Origin: Acidobacteriota bacterium
Lineage (GTDB): Bacteria; Acidobacteriota; Vicinamibacteria; Vicinamibacterales; SCN-69-37
DNA length: 64,000 nucleotides
Direction: 5' to 3'
NCBI GenBank assembly: GCA_005799825.1
Contig: SYFT01000006.1
Location: 52,130 to 116,129 of the forward strand
Below are positions 36,461 to 44,235 of this stretch, piece by piece. The notes beneath the pieces were generated by a model. It ran no database searches and was not told the origin of the DNA. It worked only from the letters and a program-made list of their open reading frames with translations. Made by a program: the position numbers and the translations under genes. The first letter of the stretch is position 1, and each line of letters opens with the position of its first letter.

Positions 36461-37693
36461 TTACCACGAACGCATGAACCCCTGCATCTGGTCGTCTTTA
36501 GTGGCCTGATTCGTGAAAAACCGCGCCGCCGCCCTGGCTGCCAGCCAGGCAAACGCCTCCCCATGCCACCCAAAGGCCAGGGAAAAGAAGTGAAACGGAT
36601 AGTTTCGGTGGGGACCGATCCACGGTAGCCCGTCAGCGGTACTGACGATGGGCAGGTCCCAGCCGAAGGCGGGTGGGAGGCCAGAAATATCAGGATACCG
36701 GAGTGAAAACTCGTACATCAGCTGATTCGCCCGTTGTCGCACCGCCGCGTCCCGCAACGGCGCCGACGCCATCTCGGGCCCCGTCAATCCCGCAAACAAT
36801 GCGCGATTCCCGTCGAGCCAACGAAGGAACCTGGGCGACTCCGTGCCTTCGGTATACAGGGCCTCGCGCGGCCCGACGAGCTTGCGCATGGCCGGTGTGA
36901 GCGGTTCGGTGACCACCACGTATCCTCGCGTCGTCCTGACGTGGCGGTCGAGTTGGTGGAACACGGAACCTGGCGTCCCTGTGGCCACCAGAACTCCGCG
37001 GGTGACGATGGTGCCGCCGTTGAAGGCGACCGTCGCATCTTTGCGGGTGAACGTAGTTTTCTTCACACGTATGTGTTCGAAGATGCGGGCGCCCTTCGCC
37101 CGAGCGGCGTCGGCCAGCCCGAGAGCGGCGCGCACCGGGTGCAGGGTCGCGGCATCGTGCAGGCGCATCGCGCCCTGTGTTTCGGTGGCCAGGGCCTCGC
37201 TCGACGCAGCCCGCGTCAGCCACGTGGCATCAAGCTTGGCGGCCTTGCGCGCCGACACTTCTTTTTTCAGGACGGCCGCATCGTTGGTGAACGGCGCATT
37301 AACCAGGAGCGGCATCGCGCTGAGGTCGCAGCGGATCTTTAACCGCTTCAAGGTGGTGGACAGATCACGCACGCTCCGTTGAAGTTCGGCATAGGCGATG
37401 TGCGCTGCGCGTTTGCCGGCCGTCTTTTCCACTTCGATCAGTGATCCATCCGGCACGGGCAGTACCGCCCCAATCGACCCCTGCGTGGCACCCGACGCCA
37501 ATCGATCCGCTTCGAGCAACACCACGTCGAGCCCGGCCTGGGCCAACGTGTAAGCCGCCGCACACCCTGTGAAGCCGCCGCCAATGACGACCACGTCGGC
37601 CGTGAGACGACCCTTCGCCGGCTTGCCATGCGCGGTTCGTGATCTGGCCGGCGCCGCGTGAGGAGCCCAATATGAAAGTCCGTAGCCTGACAT
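36461..37693 (-). CDS. FAD-dependent oxidoreductase (DAO family)
   Basis: 410 aa with the dinucleotide fold DVVVIGGGFTGCAAAYTLAQAGLDVVLLE. Confidence 0.75.
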   Translation of the reverse strand: MSGYGLSYWAPHAAPARSRTAHGKPAKGRLTADVVVIGGGFTGCAAAYTLAQAGLDVVLLEADRLASGATQGSIGAVLPVPDGSLIEVEKTAGKRAAHIAYAELQRSVRDLSTTLKRLKIRCDLSAMPLLVNAPFTNDAAVLKKEVSARKAAKLDATWLTRAASSEALATETQGAMRLHDAATLHPVRAALGLADAARAKGARIFEHIRVKKTTFTRKDATVAFNGGTIVTRGVLVATGTPGSVFHQLDRHVRTTRGYVVVTEPLTPAMRKLVGPREALYTEGTESPRFLRWLDGNRALFAGLTGPEMASAPLRDAAVRQRANQLMYEFSLRYPDISGLPPAFGWDLPIVSTADGLPWIGPHRNYPFHFFSLAFGWHGEAFAWLAARAAARFFTNQATKDDQMQGFMRSW

Positions 37694-37713
37694 TACGAGA
37701 CAGAATAGCCCAC

Positions 37714-39012
37714 ATGAAACGGGACTCGTTGGGATTCTGGATGGTGGCCGCCCTCGTCATGGGCAACATGGTGGGATCCGGCGTCTTCCTGTTGCCGTCA
37801 TCGCTCGCGGCATTTGGGGGCCTGAGCCTGGTGGGCTGGGTGGCGTCCGCCGCGGGCGCCACGTGCCTGGCCCTCGTGTTCGCGCGCCTCGCTCGCATCC
37901 GGCCCGCGACCGGTGGACCGTACGCGTACACGAGAATGGCTTTCGGGGATCTTCCGGCGTTCATGGTGGCGTGGGGCTACTGGATTTCGGTCTGGAGCAC
38001 CACGGCCGCACTGGCCGTTGCGGGTGTCGGGTACCTCGATTCGTTTTTCCCCACCGTCGTTCGCACTCCGGTGTCAGCCGCCATGCTGGCCATCACCATG
38101 GTGTGGACATTCACGCTGATCAATATCGCTGGAGTCCGGCGGGCCGGCCAGGTGCAGGTGGTGACCACGGTGCTAAAGTTGATGCCGCTTGTGCTCGTGG
38201 GGATCGGGGGCCTGTTCTATTTTTCTCCCGCACACTTCCCGGTCACGGCCACGTCGTTTGGTGATGCGGCCGGGCAGGTAACGCAGGTGGCCACGCTCAC
38301 GCTCTGGGCATTCCTGGGCCTTGAGGCCGCGACCATCCCGGCAGGACACGTCGCGAATCCAGAAACGATCATTCCGCGCGCGACCATTGCCGGAACGTTG
38401 ATCGCCGCCACCATCTATGTCGTGAGTACGATCGGCGTCATGTCACTCGTGCCGGCCGCAACACTGGCGACGACGACCGCGCCGTTTGCGGATGGGGCAC
38501 GCGCGCTGTTTGGCAACACTGCGGCGAGCCTGGTGGCGATTGGCGCCGCCATCTCCTGTTTCGGTGCACTCAACGGGTGGACCCTGATTGTCGGGCAGTT
38601 GCCGCTGGCGATCGCGCGGGACGGCCTGTTTCCGAAGGTCTTCGCCCGCGTATCACCGGCAGGCACACCAATAGCGGGCATGCTTGTGGCCGGCGTGCTG
38701 GCCTCGGTGCTCATTGCGGCCAATCACACCAGAGGCCTGGTCGAACTCTTCACGTTCATCATCCTGCTCTCGACGCTGTCAACGCTCGTGCCCTATGTGT
38801 TCTCGGCCCTCGCGACGTTTCGAATCAAGGATCCGTCGGCACCACCTGGCGCCGGACAGCTGCCAGCCCGGATGAAGGCCGTCGCGGGGCTGGCATTCGC
38901 GTATGGGTTGTGGGCCATCGGCGGCGCCGGAGCGGAAACGGTCTACTGGGGCTTTCTGCTGTTGCTGGCGGGCCTGCCGGTCTTTGTCTGGGTGACTCGC
39001 GACCATGTCTGA
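37714..39012 (+). CDS. APC-superfamily amino-acid permease/antiporter (AdiC/ArcD-like N-terminus)
   Basis: The ORF track starts at 37639. I prefer the ATG at 37714 (MKRDSLGFWMVAALVMGNMVGSGVFLLPSSLA), which removes the overlap with the divergent gene. Confidence 0.8.
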   Translation: MKRDSLGFWMVAALVMGNMVGSGVFLLPSSLAAFGGLSLVGWVASAAGATCLALVFARLARIRPATGGPYAYTRMAFGDLPAFMVAWGYWISVWSTTAALAVAGVGYLDSFFPTVVRTPVSAAMLAITMVWTFTLINIAGVRRAGQVQVVTTVLKLMPLVLVGIGGLFYFSPAHFPVTATSFGDAAGQVTQVATLTLWAFLGLEAATIPAGHVANPETIIPRATIAGTLIAATIYVVSTIGVMSLVPAATLATTTAPFADGARALFGNTAASLVAIGAAISCFGALNGWTLIVGQLPLAIARDGLFPKVFARVSPAGTPIAGMLVAGVLASVLIAANHTRGLVELFTFIILLSTLSTLVPYVFSALATFRIKDPSAPPGAGQLPARMKAVAGLAFAYGLWAIGGAGAETVYWGFLLLLAGLPVFVWVTRDHV

Positions 39013-39889
39013 CGTCGGCCCCTGGAACCGCATCCTCGTGCGTCACGTGCGCCAGGCGTTTGTGGATGACGCAATGATCGCCGGGCAATGGCAGTCGCTC
39101 AATTTCACCGCGGCGCCAGATTTCGGCAAGGCCGTCGAGCAGTACGAGCGGTTCGTGGAATTGCTGAGCACAGGCGCGCCTGTGTACCAGTGCGCCAGCA
39201 GATCCGAGCACCTGAACCTGGACTCCATCTATGTCCGCGACGCCTCGGTCATGTGTGCCAGGGGCGCTATTCTCTGCCGCATGGGAAAACCCTTGCGCGA
39301 CCTCGAACCCGCGGCACTTGCCGAAACCTACCGTGCGCTCAGCATTCCCATCGTCGGCGTCATCGAAGCACCCGGAACACTTGAGGGCGGCGATGTCACG
39401 TGGCTCGGCCCGCGACTCGCGGCGGTGGGCCGCAGCTACCGCACCAACGACGAGGGCATTCGACAGCTTCGCCTCCTGCTCGGCGACACGGTTGATGAGC
39501 TCATCGTCGTTCCCTTGCCTCATTTCCGGGGGCCGGGTGATGTGTTTCATCTGATGTCGATCATCAGTCCCGTGGACCATGACCTCGCAGTGGTGTATTT
39601 ACCTCTGATGCCTGTGCCGTTTCGTGAACGCCTGATCGGGCTCGGCTACACGCTCGTAGAGGTGCGCGATGAGGAGTTCAATTCCATGGGCGCGAATGTG
39701 CTGGCGATTGCCCCCCGCAAGTGCCTGATGGTCGAAGGCAATCCCAGGACACGCGCAGCACTTGAACGCGCCGGCGCCGAGGTGCTGGCCTACGACGGGT
39801 CGGAGATCTCGCTCAAGGGCGGGGGAGGTCCTACTTGTTTGACAAGACCCATATCACTGGGACACTGGGGAACTGTACACACTTCGTAG
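39005..39889 (+). CDS. guanidino-group-modifying enzyme (DDAH / arginine deiminase / amidinotransferase fold)
   Basis: 294 aa with LDSIYVRDA, TLEGGDV, GRSYRTNDEG and HLMS. The C-terminal catalytic-Cys box is ISLKGGGGPTCLTRPI. It overlaps the permease stop by 8 nt. Confidence 0.7.
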   Translation: MSDVGPWNRILVRHVRQAFVDDAMIAGQWQSLNFTAAPDFGKAVEQYERFVELLSTGAPVYQCASRSEHLNLDSIYVRDASVMCARGAILCRMGKPLRDLEPAALAETYRALSIPIVGVIEAPGTLEGGDVTWLGPRLAAVGRSYRTNDEGIRQLRLLLGDTVDELIVVPLPHFRGPGDVFHLMSIISPVDHDLAVVYLPLMPVPFRERLIGLGYTLVEVRDEEFNSMGANVLAIAPRKCLMVEGNPRTRAALERAGAEVLAYDGSEISLKGGGGPTCLTRPISLGHWGTVHTS

Positions 39890-40181
39890 CTCGGGCAGTG
39901 CATCGTGCGCATTCTGATCAGCAGGGCCGCGGCCACAACCCACTAGAGTCCTACCGTGATCCAGGCAACCGGAGATGTGCTGAGAGCCCACGGGTGTATA
40001 GCCTCAGCCACGGCAGACGGGACGATGTCTTTGGTGTCGTTCACAGCCAAGCGGAAATGACTGGCCAGTGGTGGTAGTGCCCGTTACACAGATAGCGGCA
40101 GGTGCCACACGGCCCACATTGCGCCAAGTAGAAGGCTTGCGCGTGAGATGACGGCCCGCGGGCGAGTCAGTTCATCGCGGC

Positions 40182-42560
40182 TCAGAACTTCCACTCGAAA
40201 CCCAGGATAGGAAACAGCCCCTGCTGCTCCTGGAGGCGCACGGTGTTAGTACGGCGGTTCCAGCTGAAGCCGGAGAAATTCCTGCGGTTCGTGAGGTTCT
40301 GCACGCCGGCGAACAGCACAAACGGCCGCGTCGCCCCGAACGTGCGCTGTACGCGCACGTCGAGACGGAAGTAAGCGGGCGCGCGCGCATCGTTCACGCG
40401 CGTGAGGTCGAACACGCCGCGGCGGACGCTCTGTGAAAGTGCTTCGTCAAACGGCGTATACGGCCGCCCGCTCAGCCATGACATGCGCGTGGACGCCCGC
40501 CACTTTGGCGACAGGTTCACGCCGCCGGTCACGTTCACCACAAAGGGATAGTCAAACGACCCCGGCCTCAGCACGTCGTCCTGCCCTGCCTGCTCCGACT
40601 TCGCCACCGACACATTCGCCTGGCCGTAATAACGACCTCCTGGGGCCTTCTCGATGAAAGCCTCCACGCCCATCGCTCGTCCGCGACCCTGGCTCGTCAT
40701 CGGAAAGAGGACCTCGCGCACGTTAAACGTGTCGCCCACGTTCGCGAGCGACAGCGTTGGAAACTGCGTGGATACAGGATAGTCCGCGTATCGCTTGTAG
40801 TAGCCCTCAAGGGTCAGGCGCACCGAATCCGACGGCACATAGGTGAAGCCCGACACTACGTGTTCCGACTTGAAGGGCTTGAGGCGTTCATTCTGTGGGA
40901 ACGACGCGAGAAAGAGAAAAAATGGCTGTTGGAAGTACAGCCCGTAACTCGCGCTCCACGTCAGACGGTCACTCACCTTGAATCCGACTCCGGCGCGCGG
41001 GCTGAAACGAGTGTGGCCGATGTACTGGTAGTCATCCACCCGGCCGCCCCAGGTAAAATTGAGGCGCGACGTGACGTCCATGGTCCCCTGGACGTACGCG
41101 CCACTCTGATACGCGGTGAAGGATCGGTCCAATATGAAGGCATTAACGCCGGGCTTCACCGAGAACGGACTGTCGTTGCCGAGGGGAGATCCGGTGTCGT
41201 AGGTCAGCCGGAAGATCTTGAAGCTGCCGCCCACCTGAATCTTGTTCTGCCGGCCCATCATGGTGGCGTAGGTGGTCAGGTCGTACTTGAGGGTCGTTTC
41301 GCCCTCGCGCGCGGCTTCGGTAAATACCAATGGTCCCTGGTCGATAATGCCGTCGACGGGAGTGCCGGTCGGGGGGACACCATCGCGTACGAGGTCCTTC
41401 ACCTTAGACGTGACTGAGGCTTCGGAGTGCGTGACGCTTAGCAAACCAACACCACGCGTGCCGAACACACGCTGCCAGTTCAGGCCTGTGGCACTGCGCC
41501 AACCCTGATACCGGATGTCGAACTCGGCCAGGCCTTCATCTAGGTCAGTCTCTTCCGTAAGACCCAGCCGGATCCGATCGACACCACTGACATTCACCAG
41601 CCACAGGCGATCGAGCGGCGTCACGTCGTATACGGCTTTCGCATTCAGTGTGTAGAGCACGGGGACGCCGCCAAACCCGACGTCCTTGGTGAACAGATCC
41701 AGAAAACTCCTCCGCGCCGAGACAATCCATGATCCTCTGCCCTGACGAATCGGGCCCTCAAGAATGGCGCCTGCGCCGGCAAACCCCAGCGTGGCGCGAC
41801 CGCGCACTTTCTCACGGTCACCCTCCCGTTGCGCAATCTGCAGCACGCTCGAAACCCGATTGATGTACGGCGCCGGGTATCCACCCGTCAGGAACGTCAC
41901 ATCCTGAATCAGTTCCGTATCAAGAATGCTGACCGTCCCTCCGGCTGACGCAAAGTTCGCGAACGCGTTGATGTTGGGAATCTCGATGTTGTCCACGATA
42001 AACAGATTCTCAAGAGGACTGCCGCCGCGCACGATGATGTCGTTGCGGAAGTCGTTGGTGCCGATGACCACACCGGGCAGTGTCTGCAGATAGCGCGACA
42101 CGTCCTGCAACGCCGCCGCGCTTTCGCGAATCTGGAGCGGACGGATGAGGTAGTTCGACGTCTTCATCTCCTCAGACGCGACAAACGCGGGCGCGGTGAC
42201 CGTCACCGACTGCTGCACCGCCGACGGCGCAGGGAGCGAAATCTCCACGAGCGCGTCCAGTCCAGCCCGCACCTCGATGGGCTCGGTCAGAAATCGGGGC
42301 TCACCCGGAGGCGTCACCTCCAGGCGATAGGAGCCTGAGCGGACGTCTGTGAGTCGGAACTTCCCGTTGTCATCCGACAACACGCATCGGATGGAATCCA
42401 CCAGGCACACGGTGACCGCCAAGCCAGGCTGCTTGTCGTGCGTGATCACGAGGCCGGCGATGGCGCCTGTGCCGGTCGTGTCCTGAGCCCACACGTGAAC
42501 TGGGGAAAACGAAGAAACTACGAACAAGACGACTGAGAACACAACGCTCCGGACACCCAT
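40182..42560 (-). CDS. TonB-dependent receptor with N-terminal carboxypeptidase-regulatory-like domain
   Basis: 792 aa with a signal peptide. It has DNGKFRLTDVRSGSYRLEVTPPG and a plug (DVSRYLQTLPGVVIGTNDFRNDIIVRGGSPLENLFIVDNIEIPN). The C-terminus is GFEWKF. Confidence 0.85.
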   Translation of the reverse strand: MGVRSVVFSVVLFVVSSFSPVHVWAQDTTGTGAIAGLVITHDKQPGLAVTVCLVDSIRCVLSDDNGKFRLTDVRSGSYRLEVTPPGEPRFLTEPIEVRAGLDALVEISLPAPSAVQQSVTVTAPAFVASEEMKTSNYLIRPLQIRESAAALQDVSRYLQTLPGVVIGTNDFRNDIIVRGGSPLENLFIVDNIEIPNINAFANFASAGGTVSILDTELIQDVTFLTGGYPAPYINRVSSVLQIAQREGDREKVRGRATLGFAGAGAILEGPIRQGRGSWIVSARRSFLDLFTKDVGFGGVPVLYTLNAKAVYDVTPLDRLWLVNVSGVDRIRLGLTEETDLDEGLAEFDIRYQGWRSATGLNWQRVFGTRGVGLLSVTHSEASVTSKVKDLVRDGVPPTGTPVDGIIDQGPLVFTEAAREGETTLKYDLTTYATMMGRQNKIQVGGSFKIFRLTYDTGSPLGNDSPFSVKPGVNAFILDRSFTAYQSGAYVQGTMDVTSRLNFTWGGRVDDYQYIGHTRFSPRAGVGFKVSDRLTWSASYGLYFQQPFFLFLASFPQNERLKPFKSEHVVSGFTYVPSDSVRLTLEGYYKRYADYPVSTQFPTLSLANVGDTFNVREVLFPMTSQGRGRAMGVEAFIEKAPGGRYYGQANVSVAKSEQAGQDDVLRPGSFDYPFVVNVTGGVNLSPKWRASTRMSWLSGRPYTPFDEALSQSVRRGVFDLTRVNDARAPAYFRLDVRVQRTFGATRPFVLFAGVQNLTNRRNFSGFSWNRRTNTVRLQEQQGLFPILGFEWKF

Positions 42561-43064
42561 CTATCAAGCGTATACCCACAATGATCAGCGCGGTAGTCAT
42601 CACGGTCATTATCGCACTCGCGCTGTTCGCCGCGGCAGTCGGACTGTGGCGTGCCGCTCAGTCGCCTGGCGTTAAAGGCCCCCCCGCAGCGGGGCGGCCC
42701 TGCCGCGACACGGAAGTCGCGCGGGGATCACGCAATCACCTCCACCCGTCGTACCGACCGGTGATGCTGCGTTCGACAACGCGTGGCATCTCTAGTCAGA
42801 CGCACCGGCCGCGGCGCTGTTGCGGCTCACGCCGGACGCGCATGCCTCCCTCGTCGCCAGGCACAACGCCTGCGTGCCCGAGGGACCGGCGTAGACGGAA
42901 CACGCCAGTTCAACACTTCTGCTGGGATCTTTCGAGATCACGCCGGAACGCGCCAACTACGTTCTCTATGGCAGTCCGACCAGGAAAACCGGCGCTCACG
43001 TCGCCGGCACCGTCACCCCGCTGGCCACACGCGCTGGCCGATGACGTTCCCCAGTTCCCCAGGT

Positions 43065-43928
43065 TCAAAGCATGGTGCCGATCGCGGAATAGTCCAGATC
43101 GGCGCCGCCTGAGGCAACCAGCGCGTCGACCAGTGCCGCGACGAGCGTCGCCGTCGGCATCGCGGCGCCATTAGCGGCGCCGGCCTCAAGGGCGATGCGC
43201 AGATCCTTCTGGTACAGGCGGCTGCGAAAGCCGGGCGTGAACTGGCTCGTCAGAATCCGTTCACCATGGACCTCAAGCACACGACTTGACGCGAACCCGC
43301 CGAGCAGCGCCTGGCGGACGCGCGCGCCATCCACGCCGGCCTTGCGCGCCAGCGCCAACGCCTCGCTCACACCAGCCAGTGCGCCACCAATGGCCACCTG
43401 ATTGCAGACTTTGCAGAGTTGTCCCGAACCGGGTTCGGCGCCGATGTGGACGATGCGGTCCGCATGGCCGAGGCATTCGAAGATTGGACGCGCGCGCTCA
43501 AACGCCTCGGCACTGCCGCCCACCATGATCGACAGCGAGGCGTTGATCGCCCCGATCTCGCCGCCGCTCACTGGCGCATCGAGCATCGTGCACCCGACCT
43601 CTGCAACCTTCGCGGCCAAAGCCCGCGCAGCCACGGGCGAAATGCTGCTCATGTCGATGGCCATCCCGCCTGTCGCCAGACCGCGGATCACACCGTTCGG
43701 ACCCGTCAGCACTCGCTCCACGTCGGGCGTGTCGGGCAACATGGTGATTACCACGTCAGACTGACGCGCTACTTCCACTGGCGACGCGGCAGCCACGGCG
43801 CCGGCGGCCACCAGCGCGTCCACAGGACCGCGGCTTCGGCTGTGCACGACCAACGGATATCCTCTGGCGAGTAGATGTGACGCCATGGGCTTTCCCATCA
43901 CGCCCAATCCGATAAATCCAATTTTCAT
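43065..43928 (-). CDS. NAD(P)-dependent 3-hydroxyisobutyrate dehydrogenase / 2-hydroxy-3-oxopropionate reductase family
   Basis: I prefer the ATG at 43928 (MKIGFIGLGVMGKPMASHLLARGYPLVVHSRS). DAPVSGG is present, along with a 6PGDH-like C-terminal domain. Confidence 0.85.
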   Translation of the reverse strand: MKIGFIGLGVMGKPMASHLLARGYPLVVHSRSRGPVDALVAAGAVAAASPVEVARQSDVVITMLPDTPDVERVLTGPNGVIRGLATGGMAIDMSSISPVAARALAAKVAEVGCTMLDAPVSGGEIGAINASLSIMVGGSAEAFERARPIFECLGHADRIVHIGAEPGSGQLCKVCNQVAIGGALAGVSEALALARKAGVDGARVRQALLGGFASSRVLEVHGERILTSQFTPGFRSRLYQKDLRIALEAGAANGAAMPTATLVAALVDALVASGGADLDYSAIGTML

Positions 43929-43999
43929 AGCCTTCGTGCGCTCCTTGCCCATTGTCGCCCTTGCCGTGTTCGCCCTGGCGTGTATTTGGTGTGCGTGTA

Positions 44000-44101
44000 G
44001 GCCTCGGCCTTGAAAACCAGGCCGAGCTACGTTCGGGAGGATCGAGCTACGTTCGGGAGGGTCGGGCTACGCACGCGCGGATCTCGATCCGGAACGTAGC
44101 C
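44000..44101. repeat. REP/MITE-like element (copy B) with internal 20-nt tandem duplication
   Basis: GGCCTCGGCCTTGAAAACCAGGCCGAGCTACGTTCGGGAGG is followed by ATCGAGCTACGTTCGGGAGG, then GTCGGGCTACGCACGCGCGG. An inverted CCGGAACGTAGCCC lies at 44089-44102. Confidence 0.6.
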
Positions 44102-44235
44102 CATTCCGTGGCGCCGGCGCGATCCGAATCCCGCGTCCAAAGCGATCGTCGGCGAACGGCGGCTCGTTGGCCCAGGCCGCGGCCACGAGGGACGCTGTGC
44201 CGAGCGTCAGCCCGAGCGTGCCCCAGCGGGCCACC

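Noticed and set aside
42561-43064. A possible cobalamin or TPP riboswitch in the long leader of the third TonB-dependent receptor. A CCGCAAC-like string is present on the minus strand.
   Set aside because: I could not find the B12 box, the GCCACTG core or the TPP CTGAGA/ACCTGA elements in the right arrangement. Only a covariance-model scan could settle this, so I report it only as an unexplained region.
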